The notes under the pieces are model-generated. The model saw only the letters and a program-made list of their open reading frames with translations, made no database searches and was not told where the DNA came from. DNA of 64,000 nt from contig CAWARZ010000005.1 of assembly GCA_963784695.1 (NCBI GenBank), positions 60,955 to 124,954 on the forward strand, written 5' to 3'. Position 1 is the first letter of the stretch. Every line of letters begins with the position of its first letter. Shown here in pieces: positions 26,009 to 38,054 of the stretch. This DNA comes from an uncultured Chloroflexia bacterium. Lineage in GTDB: Bacteria; Chloroflexota; Chloroflexia; QHBQ01; JAICKM01. The position numbers and the translations under genes were made by a program.

Positions 26009-28802
26009 CCACCCGAGCGGCACGATCACCTTCCTCTTCACCGACGTGCAGGGCAGCACCGGCCTCTGGGAGCATCAGCGCGCCTGGATGGAGCAGGCGC
26101 ACGCCCGCCACGAGGCAATCCTCCGTGCCGCCATCGCCGCCCAGGGCGGCTGGGCCTACAAGCAGATCGGCGACGCCTTCCAGGCCGCCTTCGCCACCGC
26201 GGACGCCGCCCTGGCCGCCGCCGTGGCCGCCCAGCGCGCCCTCGCCGCCGAGCCCTGGGGCGAGCCGGGGCCGCTCACCGTGCGCATGGCCTTGCACACC
26301 GGCACCGCTGAGGAAAGGGCGGACGATTACGTCGGCCCCCTGCTCAACCGCGTCGCGCGGCTGCTGAACGCCGGGCATGGCGGGCAGATTCTGCTGACCG
26401 GGGTGACGGCCGCCCTCGTGCGCGACGCCCTGCCGCCGGACCTCGCCCTCGAGGACTGCGGCGCGCGGCGGCTCAAGGACCTGATCGTGCCTGAGCACGT
26501 CTGGCAGGTGACCGGCGCCGGGCTGCCGGACGGCTTCCCGCCACTGCGCACGCTCGACGCCCAGCCCAACAACCTGCCGCCCCAGCCCACCGCCTTCATC
26601 GGCCGCGAGGTGCAGCTGGCCGCGGTCGACGGCCTGCTGCGCCGGAGCGACGTGCGGCTCGTCACCCTCACCGGCCCCGGCGGCACCGGCAAAACCCGCC
26701 TCGCCCTGCAGGCGGCGGCCGACCTGCTCGACGCCTTCCCCCACGGCTGCTGGCTCGTCGAGCTCGCCGCGCTGGCCGACTCGGCCCCGCGTGCCCGAAA
26801 CCATAGCCGGCATCTTCGGGCTGCGGTCGGACGACGGCCAGACCTTCGTCGACGCCCTGGAGAGCTACCTGCGCGCCCGCCGCCTGTTGTTGGTGCTCGA
26901 CAACTGCGAGCAGGTGCTGCCGGTGGCCGCTCTGGTCGACCGGCTGTTGCGCGCCGCGCCCGGGCTGAAAGTGCTGGCCACCAGCCGCGCTCCGCTCCAC
27001 CTCTACGGCGAGATCGAGTACGCCGTGCCCCCGCTGGCCGTGCCCGCGCGCGACGCCACGGGCCGCTTCAGCGCCGGGCCCGCCGGCCCGGCCGGCCCCG
27101 ACCTGGCGGCGGCGCTGAGCCAGTACGAGGCGGTGCGCCTCTTCATCGCGCGCGCCGTCGCCGTCAAGGCCGGCTTCGCCGTGACGAATGCCACCGCCCC
27201 GGCCGTCGCCGAGAATCTGCGTGCGGCTCGACGGGCTGCCGCTGGCCATCGAGCTCGCCGCCGCGCGGGTCAAGCTCTTCCCGCCGCAGGCCCTGCTCGC
27301 GCGGCTCGACCGCCGGCTGGCCGTGCTCACCGGCGGGGCGGGCAACCTGCCGGCGCGCCAGCAGACACTGCGCGCGGCCATCGCCTGGAGCTACGACCTG
27401 CTCGACCCCGCGCAACAACAGCTCTTCCGCCGCATTGCGGTCTTTCAGGGAGGCGCCACCCTGGAGGCGATGCGGCGGTCGGCGCGGCCGGCGACGTGCT
27501 CGACGGGGTCATGGCGCTGGTCGACCACAGCCTGCTGCTGCAGCGGGAGGGGCGCGACGATGCGCCGCGGTTCTGGATGCTGGAGACGATCCATGAGTAT
27601 GCGCGCGAGCAACTGGCGGCCAGCGGAGAGGCGGCGGCGCTTGGCGATGCGCACCTGACCTACTTCACCGCGCTGGCTGAGGAGGCCGGGGTCGGCCTGA
27701 AGGGGCATGAGCAGCTAGGTTGGCTCGCGCGGTTGGACGCCGACCGGGATAATGTGCGGGCGGCGCTGGCGTGGGCGCAGGAGCGCGCGGCCGGCCGCGC
27801 CCCAGGCGGCCGCGCTGGGGCTACACCTCATGGCCGGGCTCTACTTGTTTTGGTTTAGCCGGTCCGCGTTCGTGGAGGCCGGGGCCATCGCGGAGGCGCT
27901 GCTGGCCGTGGGCGCGGGGGCGCCGCCGGAGGCGCGCGCCGCGGCTCACAACGTGGCCGCTAACGCGGCGGCCTGGACCGGCAACTATCGGGCGGCGCGC
28001 CGCCACTACGAGGCCGGACTCGAGCTGTGCACGCAAGCTGGCGATCGCGTAGGGAGGGCCTGGATGCAGGGAGGTGTGGCTTCAGCCCTATGGGAGCTGG
28101 GGATGTCCCCCACGCATTCGCGCTCAACAAGGCGGCCGTGTCAGACTTGCTGGCGGCCGACGCGCGGTGGGAAGCGGGCTGCGCGCTGGTTAACCTTGCG
28201 TGGATGGAGCTGCAGCAGGCGGGCGACGCAAGCGCGCAGCAGCACCTCACGCACGCATTAGCATTATTTCAGGCACTCGGCGACCGCACCGCGTTGGCCA
28301 TGGCCCTTTGCTACCTCGGCGCACTCCACCTACGAGGCGGGGACTTGCTGGCGGCGCGCGGGCATTTCGCTCATGCGGTCAGCCTCTACAGGGAACTCGG
28401 CGACTCGTTCGCAGAACGCCAACGCGCTCCGCGGCCTCGGGTCGTCGCGCTGGCGGAGGGGGACTACCAGCGCGCGCAACCCCTGGTGCCGGGAGAGCAC
28501 CCGCTCTACCGGGACCAGCGATTGAAGCGCGCTCTGGTTGGGAACCTTGTTGCCGCCGGAGCCACCGCCGTGGGGCTGGGGCGGCACGCCTTGGGCACCC
28601 GCCTGCTGGCGCGGCCGACCGCGCGCTGCGCGGCCTGGCGGCCACTCACGACGGGGGCGAACACGAGGCCCAGGCGCACGCCGTTGCCCCGGCCCGGGCC
28701 GCCCTGGGCGAGGAGGCTTTCGCGCGCGCGTGGGCCGCAGGCCAGACCCTGTCGCTCGACGCCGCGGTCGCCCTCGCGCTGGAGGAGACTGCCGATGCCT
28801 AA
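26001..28802 (+). CDS. Cyclase - STAND - TPR protein, copy 3 (frameshifted)
   Basis: Same motifs (FTDVQGST, GPGGTGKT, LDNCEQ). Ends ALEETADA*. Confidence 0.87.
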
Positions 28803-28855
28803 CCGCCCGACCGGCACGATACCTTCCTGTTCACGTACGTGGAGGCCCGCACCGC
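28795..28855 (+). pseudogene. Stub of a fourth cyclase-STAND gene
   Basis: Same junction (GGAGGAGACTGCCGATGCCTAA), then MPNRPTGTI.FLFTYVEART, after which homology stops. Confidence 0.7.
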
Positions 28856-28885
28856 CCGCTCGGCTGCAGCGAAAGGCCACGGCGT

Positions 28886-29516
28886 ATGGACACCCCAAAG
28901 CAGTACGTCGGCACAGCACGCACGGCGGCCGCCGGCCCGCCGCCCGACTACCGCGCCTACTTCGACCTGGAGACCTACCTCTTCGGCACCGTCACTCAGC
29001 GGTTTCGGGATTGGGGCTATCTGGCGGCGCGCGACTTCTTCTGCATCGTCATCTGGAAGGCGAACCGCGCGAAGTCGAAGGTGGCGCGGACGCTGCTGAA
29101 GCGCGGCAAGGCCGACCTGGAGACCGCCGTGTACCGGCTGACCACGGGCTTGGCGGCGTTGCCGGCCGGCGAGGCCCGGCTGCGCGACCTGATTCGACAG
29201 GTGGGGTCTGCGCCTGCCCATGGCCTCGGCCATCCTGACGGTCCTCTATCCCGAGGAGTTCACGGTCTACGACGTCCGGGTCTGTGCCATCCTCGCGACG
29301 CCCAGGTCGGCGACTTCCGCGGCCTCGCCGAGATGACGCAGGTTCGCGTCTCTGGCCGCGCTACCAGGCCTTCCGCGCGGCGGTCGCGGCTGCGGCGCCC
29401 CCGGCCTGAGCCTGCGCGACAAGGACCGCTTCCTCTGGGGCCGCGTTCGCCGAGCAGCTGGATGCCACATCGGCAGGCTTTCGGAAGCAAGCCGGTGCCA
29501 CGGCGTCGGCGAGTAA
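28886..29516 (+). CDS. HhH-superfamily DNA glycosylase-like protein (frameshifted, end approximate)
   Basis: FFCIVIWKANR, then across frames WGLRLPMASAILTVLYPEEFTVYDVRVC and LSLRDKDRFLWG. Confidence 0.55.
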
Positions 29517-29895
29517 GCGTCTCCGGGACCGAATCGGATCGCCGGGCGCTGACCATTCGGCGGGCCCGGGCAGCCCGCCGGTGGGGACGAGTCTGCCTCT
29601 CATACACCTTCCGAGAGTTGGAGTCCCTTCACACGCGTGCAGGGTATCAGGGGCGAGGAGGGGCGGCAGGGCGGCCGGGGGGTGCATCCGGCCGGGGTCT
29701 TGCGGCGGCAGTTGTCGCGCGGCGGAGCGGCCCTCCTACAGCCGAGATCGGCTGCCCCGCGGCCGCCACGCCCTCGTCACAGCCCCGTCGGTGGGCTTCG
29801 TCTTTGTTGCCCGCAGGCTTAGGCTGCCGGGCCACCCCGCCGCGCGGTCGGCTTGGACAGCTCCTGCATAATGCTTATTGGGAGCCCGCCCCTCC

Positions 29896-32449
29896 CTACC
29901 GCCACCCCACCGTGATCGCCTCCGGCGCCGGCGCCGCGGTGGGGTGCGTGACCCGGATCGTGCGCGAACTCGCCGGGTAGCAGGTCGAAGTAGTTGTCGC
30001 TGAAGCGCGTCGCCGCGTCCGGCGCGAGCACGTGCACGTAGCGGAGATAGCCCGGCGCCTGGATCGTCACCCGCAGGGCGTGGGCGCCGTCCGGCGTCAG
30101 CGTGACCGTGGGTGGGGCGGGCGTGCGCTGCAGGTCCTTCAGGGGCACGAAGAAGTGCCGGGTCCCGGGGAAGGAGTCGCCCGCCGCGCGCAGCGCCAGG
30201 TAGCGATCCGGGCCCGGCGGGATGCGGCCCGCCGCCAGCCGCCCGACGGGCGCGTTGCTGCCCGGCGCGGCCGCGATCGGCCACGCCTCGCGCCAGTGGG
30301 CGCCCGTGGCGAAGTCGCCGTACTCCAGCAGCAGCGTGTCGGTGACCGGCGCCCGCGTGTCGTTCGTCAGCCAGACCGCCACCGCGCCGTCGGGGAGCGC
30401 CTGGAACGATGCCAGCACGGGCGCGTAGGCGCGGCGCACGGCGTAGTAGCCCGCCTTGGGGAAGCCGTAGTAGTCGATCAGACTCCAGCTTTGGCCCGGC
30501 CAGCAGTCGTTCAGCTGCCAGATCAGTGCGCCGGAGCAGTGCGGCGTGCGGCGGCGGAAGTGCGCGATGCCGAACTGCAGCCCCTCGGCCTGCGTCATCA
30601 TGCTGAAGTCGACGAACTCGGCCAGGTCGCGCGGCAGGCCGGTCGTCGTGACCATCAGCAGGTCGACCTTGTTCTTGGGCTGGTCCTTGTTGTGGGCGTC
30701 CAGCGCCGGGCTGTGGTGGTAAAGCTGGTCGGCGGGCACGCTGCGCCGCAACGTCTCGAAGACCGGCGACGCGTGGATGCCGAACTCGCTGATGAAGCGC
30801 CCCTGATCCTCCGCGTAGCGCGTGAACGCCACCTGCTCGGGCCGCGGGCCCTGGGTGAACAGGGTCAGCACGTCCGTCGTGTCGTCGAAGCCGTGCCAGA
30901 CCGTCCAGTCGTGCACGTCGCCCACCCGTTGCGAGTTGGCGGGCACGCCAGGGCCACTGTATGGGCTGCCGGGCCAGTAGGGCGTCGCGCCGTCGAGCGC
31001 GGCCACCAGCCGCGGCATGATCTGCTCATAGTAAAGGGTGCCTTCCAGCGCGGGCGCGGCCGGCGCCTCGGCCCCCGCGGGGCGCGGCAAGCTCGCCAGC
31101 AGCTCGAACGTCACCTGGTTCTCGTTGTTGCCGCACCAGAGCGCCAGCGCGGGATGGTTGCGCAGCCGCCGGATCTGGTAGGCCACCTCCGCGGTCACGT
31201 TGGCGACGAACGACTCGGGGCGCTCGGGATAGGCCGCGCAGGCGAACATGAAGTCCTGCCAGACGAGGATGCCCAGGCGGTCGCAGGTGTCATAGAAGAC
31301 GTCGGGCTCGTAGAGGCCCCCGCCCCAGACGCGCAGCATGTTCATGTGCGCGTCGCGCGCCTGCTCCAGCAGCGCGGTGTAGCGCGCCGCGGGCACGCGG
31401 CCGGCGAACAAGTCGGCCGGGATCCAGTTGGCGCCGCGGGCGAAGATCGGCACGCCGTTGAGCACGAAGCGGAAGAAGCGCGTGCCGGGCTCCTCGGGGT
31501 CGGGCGCCTGGTCGAGCGTGAGCGTGCGGATGCCGGCCGCCTGCTCCTGGGAGGCGAGCAGGACGCCGTCCTGCCGCAGCTCCACGCGCAGCGTGTAGAG
31601 CGCCGGCTCGCCCAGGTCGGCCGTCCACCAGAGGCGCGGCGCCGGCACCGCCAGCGCGATCGCCGCCGCGGCCTGCCCGTCCGGCAGCACTATCTCCCCG
31701 CCGGCCGCGGGCGCCGCGTCGCCCGGCCACGGCAACGTGACCGCCACCGTCAGCGGCCCGGCCGCGGCGAAGCGGTCGACCTCGACGGCGACGTGCACGT
31801 CGGCCCGGTCGTGGGCCGGGGTCAGTGCCCGGGTGGTGACGTGGACCCCGGCGATCGCCGCGCGGCGTTGGCGCAGCAGACGTACCGGCCGCCAGATGCC
31901 GAGGCCGGGCAGGCGCGGCCCCCAGTCCCAGCCGTAGGCGTACTGCGCCTTGCGCATGCACACGCGGCGGGCGTCGCCGATCGGCAGCGGGTTGGGCGGC
32001 GCGGGGACGTCGTCCACGCTCGTCAGCGGCGGGGCGAACCGCACGGCGAGGCTGTTCGCGACGCCGGGCTGCACCTGGCCGGTCACGTCGAAGACGGCCG
32101 CGCGGAACATGTTGGCGCTGCGGCCCAACTCCTGCCCGTTCAGCCAGATGGTGGCGAAGGTGTCGAGGCCCTCGAAGACCAGCTGCAGCCGCTCGTCGGA
32201 GGCGAGCGGCGGGTCAGGCCCCGGGAAGGTGGTGCGGTACCACCACTCGCGGTCCTCGACCCAGCGGCAGGCGTCTTCATTGCGGTCGTAGAACGGGTCG
32301 GGGATGCGGCCGGCGGCGATCAGCGCCGCGTGCACGTCGCCCGGCACGGCGACGGGGATCCACCCGGTCGTGCCGGCCTGCGCGGCCGCCGCGCCCGCCG
32401 CCTCGCCCGCGCCGGGCGCAAAGTCCTGGAGCTGCCATTGCTCGAACAC
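29896..32449 (-). CDS. Beta-mannosidase, glycoside hydrolase family 2
   Basis: FEGLDT, RKAQYAYGWDWGP, GANWIP, NMLRVWGGG, WCGNNEN, SEFG and WQLNDCWP motifs. Small frameshift near the C-terminus. Confidence 0.93.
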
Positions 32450-32926
32450 GGGATCCTCCTCCGGGCCGCGGCTGCGCGGCGCGGGTCCACTATACCACCC
32501 CGCGGGCGCGGGGCTCAAGGCGGGGGCGGGTCGTGTCCCCGGCCTTGAGGTGCACGGCAAAAGACGCCCTGCAAGACTCAGCACGACGCCCCGCGAGACA
32601 CGACTTCCAGGAGCGTGTCCGTCGCGTCAGGCCTCACCGAGTCGGTCTAGCACGATCCTGAAACACGGATGGTGTTCTTTGCGTGGAGAGCATCAGCCGG
32701 GCGCCATGAGCGTCAGCCGGCGGTCGCCGGCAGGACGCGCTCCGCGTGGAGGGCGAGCGTGACTGTGTTGTCCGGGTACCACCGGTTCGAGCCTGCTGTT
32801 GAGTGATTAAGTCGCCCTTCAATTGGGCATTGTCCGGCGTCGCAGAGTGTGCTATTATGCGGGAGCCCGAGTTCGCGTGCAGACAGCCTTAATCACCACT
32901 GGTGTTCCCGGGAGGGGCGCCGCCAT

Positions 32927-35900
32927 ATGCCAGCGCTCGACCATCCCATCTCTGCGACGACGCTCAGCCACTATGTGCGTTTGGAACGGTGCGAGCGCTA
33001 CCTGCGATTGACTCTGCGTCGGGACGAGTTGCAGGATCTCCTGCGCCGATTTCAATCGCTGGACGTCGAGCAGCAAGCCTTATCTCCACTGCTGCGAGCA
33101 GCAGGTCAGCGCTTCGAAGGCCAGGTCGTCGAGGGCCTAGGCGGCCAGGTTCACGCGCTAGACAATCAGGATGCCGCAGCCACTACTGCTGCGCTTGTGG
33201 CCCTCCCGTCGGGCGAGACCTGTTACCTGACACAGGCGCCGGTCGCGGGCGAAATCGGCGGCTGGCCCTGTGTCGGTCGGGCCGATATTATCCGCGCCAC
33301 ACGCACCCGGGGCGGCGGGCTCGACCTGCTTGTCACCGATCTGAAGGCGTCGGCCCAGGACCACGTCGAGTATTTCCTCCAGGTCGCCTTCTATTGCCGG
33401 CTCCTGCGGAGCATGTTGGCATCAGCAAAGGAGCGCCTGGATCGGTGCCAGGGCGCCATCCTCAAAGTAGGGGATGGTCAGGCACTGCCCGCGCTCGAGG
33501 ATCCGGCCAACCTGTTCGATCTGGCGCCTTATGACCTGACGCTAGACCATCTGCTGGCTGGGGACGATGCCGATATAGCCCGTGTGCTGCGCGCGCCTTT
33601 AGTTGATTTGGCGTATAGCCTGAGCTACAAGTGCGACGCGTGCGTGTTCAACGAGCTCTGCATGGTCGAAAAGCGCGGATCGCCAGGATGTCGCCCTCAT
33701 ACCATACGTGCAGCCTGCCGAGGTGCGGGCGTTGCGCCAGGCAGGCGTGCGGACCGTCCGCGACGTCGCTAGCTTGAAGGAGCTACCCGGCCCAACCGGT
33801 TGGAACACGCTCTTCCGTGCTGCGGCAGGGAAGGCAGACGTAGTTGCCGCCCTGGCCGCCCGTCCCCCGGTTGGGCCCCAACTGGATCGCCTCGTGCAGC
33901 GCGCCCGCGCGCTCTTGCAGCGTTTCGAGCCTGAGACCACAGCCTACCCGTATCTGCTTGACGGCGCGATCAGCACATTGCCCGCCGATGAAACAAACCC
34001 GGATCTCAGTCAAGATCTTCCTGGATGCCCAGCACGACTACGTACAGAACCGTATCTACCTGACCGGCGCCTTAATTCGGGGGCCACGCGCCACGATTTC
34101 GATCGTCCATATGACGCCAGGGCCGCCGACCGACGAGGACGAGGAAGCGCTCCTGCTTGCCACGCTCAACGACATCCTCGCGGCGATCCCGCGTGCCGCA
34201 CAGGATTCGGAGCGGATGCCGCTACATCTGTATGTGTTCGACGGCTACGAGCAAAAGGTCTGGCTGGATGCGTTGGAGCGGCACCGGGATGCCCTGTGGA
34301 CGGTTCCGGCCTTCTTTGAGCTCCTGACGGCGAGTTCCGCGTTCGAAGAGGGCATGTTCGCTGTGCTGGCAACCGAAGTGCGTGACCGTCGGAACCTCGG
34401 GATCACGTGCCCGAATCTCTACAACGTCGCGGCCCGCCTCGGTTTTCGCTGGCGTACCGATCGCGACAACTTCCGCGCGGTGTTTCGCCTGCGCGTCTTT
34501 GACGACAGCGTGCGCCGTCCGGATGGAGTCTGGATTGAGAAGGCCAGCCGCTTCCACTCACATATTCCCCTCGAGTACGCCTACGGCGCCTGAGACAACT
34601 CCCCGACGACCGAAGTGATCAGGAAGCGATCGCGGCGTATCGGCGTAGCGTGCAAGAAGCCATCATGCGCTTCCAGGAGCATCGTCTCGGTGGGCTGGCG
34701 CATATCGAGAGTGCGCTGGGGACAAAGAACAAGTCGCTGACGAAATCTGCCGCGCGCTTGGCCAACTTGGAAGCTGCCGGATCAGCTACGACCGGCCTCG
34801 CCCGGGCACTCGAGGAGTTCCTGGCTCTCGAGCACCATGTGGCACTTCAGGAACGCCTGGGCCTCTTCGCGCTCCCCATCGAGCGCCGCGCGCAGACCGG
34901 CCGCGCCCTCTTGCTTGTCTGTACAGCCGTTCGGGACGTGGGCAATAGGAAAGTCGCATGCTTCCGGATCGACTACACCGGCCTAGGCCTGATGCGCACG
35001 CAGCCAACCAGATCCTGCGTATCAAGGAAGGCGACTGGATGGTTCTGAATCCCCACGATGGGCGCACGCCGTGGAAGATCCTGCGCGGGCGGGTTGCGAT
35101 TGTCCAGCGCCTCGGCGATGAGGAGATCGACCTGGAGCTCCTGGATATTACCAGCTACCGCAGCCAGTTCAAGTATCCCCACGATATCAAGCTGCTGCCG
35201 AATGCGGGGGAACAATGGAGCCTCGACGAAATGGCGGACGACCTCAACTTCGACAAGTACATGGAAGCGATTCGTCCGCCGACACGAATATCCTCTACCA
35301 GGCGCTGACCGCCCCGCCAGTGGCCAGCAGCGCGGGACCCATTGCAGGCCGCGATCAGCAGTTCTTGCAGGCCGTGCAGGACCTCGAAAGACCACACGCA
35401 CCGACAACGCGGCAGCAGCAGATCATCGCCGGGCATCGGACGACATCGGTCCTGGCAATCCAGGGCCCGCCGGGCACTGGGAAGACGGCGACGCTGGGCT
35501 GGGCGGTGCTCGCGCGGCTCTTCGCGCGTGATGAGCGCCCGCTCCGGGTGGCCGTCTGCGCGCGTACGCACAAGGCGACGAACCTCGTCCTCGAAAGCAT
35601 CGCGCGCTGCCTCCACCGCCTGCACGCCACCCGCGTGGGCCGGGCACCGGGTGACGTCGAGGTCTACAAGGTTACGGCCGAGGCCGATGAAGATCTACCC
35701 GCGCATGTGCGTCCCCTTGCCTACTATCGTGACTTCGCCGCCTTGGGCCGCGCACTCACGGCACCCGGCGCATCGTCATCGGCGCCACCCGGGCGGGCTA
35801 TACTGGATGGTGAAAGCGCCCGAGGGCAAGAAGATCGACTGGACCAACAAGTTGTTCGACTTTCTGATCAATCGACGAAGCGAGCCAGATTAGCCTGCCC

Positions 35901-36772
35901 GAGGCGGTGCTTGCCGGGGCTTTCCTGAAGCCGAGTGGGCAGGTGCTGATCGTAGGCGACCACCGCCAGCTGGCCCCATCCTTGCCCACCGTTGGACGCA
36001 GGAACGGAAGCGCAGCGCGACCACGTACCGGCCGTACCAGTCGGTATTCGAGGCGGTCGTAAGTCAGCACTTCCCCGATGGAGGCGCTCAATAAGAGTTT
36101 TAGGCTGCACCAGGTACGGCGCTTCCCTTGCCCAGCATATCTACAACCGCGACGGATCCCATTCTACTCCCGTCGCCACCAGGTACTCCCGCCAAGCCCG
36201 CCCGCGTGGATCCCTTCGTTGCCGCGGTGCTCCGGGCTGATTACCCTGTAGTTGTCGTGGAGCATAGTGAGGCAGAGTCGCAGCAGCAGTTCCGATCGAG
36301 GTCGCGCTGGCCAAACCGGTGATCGCCGCTGCGAACGTCTCTGGGGTCTGGATGGCGCACGTGGCTTGGGAGTAGTAGTGCCGCACCGCGCGCAGAAGGC
36401 CGCCCTCCGCGCGCAGTTCCCAGGCCTGGCCGCGGCCGACGCGATGGATACCGTGGAGCGTTACCAGGGCGGTGAACGCGACGTCATCTCAGTCTCGGCG
36501 ACGGCCTCGGATCCTGCCTACGTGCTTGCCGAGGCGGAGTTCCTCCTGAATATAAATCGCCTCAACGTAGCCATCTCACGGCCGCGGCTAAAGTCCATTG
36601 TCCTGGCATCGCAGACCGTCTTCCGCATGATTGTCGACGATCCCCTGGTCTTCGAGCACGCGGTGTTGTGGAAATTCTGCGTTACCAGCATGCAGCAAAG
36701 TTGCTCTGGGACGGCGCCCAGGAGGGTTACGCGGTGCGCGTGTTCGGCAGGCACTGCGGGACTTCCGATTGA
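32927..36772 (+). CDS. PD-(D/E)XK (Fe-S, Cas4/AddB-type) nuclease fused to SF1 helicase (Dna2/TM0106-like); multiple frameshifts
   Basis: CERYL..GRADII..DLKAS..QVAFY..KCDACVFNELC, then QGPPGTGKT, IDEASQ, GDHRQLAP, TVERYQGGERD and RLNVAISR. Confidence 0.82.
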
Positions 36773-36852
36773 GGAACCTGTCGTCGCGCTACAGCAGCCG
36801 GAAAGCGATTCCCCGCGCCGGAACACAGCCCGCGGGAGAGGAGGAAAGAAGC

Positions 36853-38054
36853 GTGGTGACCTCAGGCGTGATCCGGGCGGTCGCGACTGCCGACAATCAT
36901 CTGAGCAGGTTCTACGATCGCATGTCCCCGGCGAAGCTGCAGCGGCGGCGCCACTACCTGCGCCACTCCTCGACGGCCGTGGTCAAGTACGCGCTCGATT
37001 GGCCCGCGGATATCCTCTTCATCGCGGGCGATCTCTTCTGCACGGAACCGGACCCGCGTAACGTGGATCTTGCGTGTTGTGGCCCACTGCCTATGTGGCT
37101 GTGAGAGCAGGGGGTGAGGGTGTACGCGGTGTCCGGGAACCATGCAGGACGCTATGGCACAGCAGCGAGCAGGGCGGATACACCCCCCCGAGGACAAATT
37201 ACTTGCTGGGCCGCCGGATCCTGTTTGATAGCACCACCGAGATCCTGACGGACGTGGTGGAGAGGACCGCGGGCATGCGCGTGGCGATTGGCGGGCTGGG
37301 GCCCGACCCGGCGGCGCCTCCGGGCACCGACCCGCTATCCGATATTCGTTGGCCGATTCCGCCCGGCGACGTCGACGTCTGGAGTTCCTGTTGCTGCACG
37401 GGCCCATCGAGGGCCACGCGCCGGATTTCGGGGGCGCGCTCATTCGGCTGGAGACGCTGGGCGCCCTGGCCGGTCCGGATGTCTCCATCGCGGGCGACGT
37501 GCATCGGGGCGCCGTGCGCCACATCGGGGAGCGCACGCTCATTATCCCGGGTGCCACCGAGCGGCTGACCTTCGGCGAGGACGCCACGCAATCCGGGTTC
37601 TTCGCGTTGGAGTTGGGCCCGGGCGGGCTACGGGCGCAACAGCGCATTCACCTGGATGCGCAGCCACGCGCTGAGGTGGTGGTCCTGCTGGGCGGACTGG
37701 GATTCCCTTGATGCACTCGGTGGCGCCGATCGCCCGCGGTACGTCCCGTCTGTACTTCGGAGACTCTGCTCAAAGTGCGCCTTGAAGGCGTTGTTACCTG
37801 CGACCAATGACGTGAGCTTGCCCTGTGCCCGCCATTTGAGATTCTCCACCCCGATGTGTTTCAACTCACGGTCGATACCAGCGGCCTGCTGCTCGAGGAC
37901 GAGCGCCGTCAAATTGCCGATCGCGGAATCCGCGTATCGCAGCAGGACGCGATCCTGGCATACGTCGCGGATTACGGCGGGAGCGAATAGCGGTGCTGCG
38001 GAAGCCCAAGAAGCGATCGCCGAAGCAACCCAGCGCATCCTCAGCCGCTATTAG
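36853..38054 (+). CDS. SbcD/Mre11-like metallophosphoesterase nuclease (frameshifted)
   Basis: ATADNHL, IAGDLF, SGNH, LLHG, AGDVH and PGATERLTFGE motifs. Confidence 0.8.

Noticed and set aside
20237-28802. Diversity-generating retroelement behind the TPR variation
   Set aside because: No reverse transcriptase and no adenine-specific TR/VR pair. Divergence covers whole domains.
32927-33700. Cas4 gene / CRISPR adaptation module
   Set aside because: The Cas4-like nuclease is the N-terminal domain of a larger nuclease-helicase, and there is no cas1/cas2 or array.
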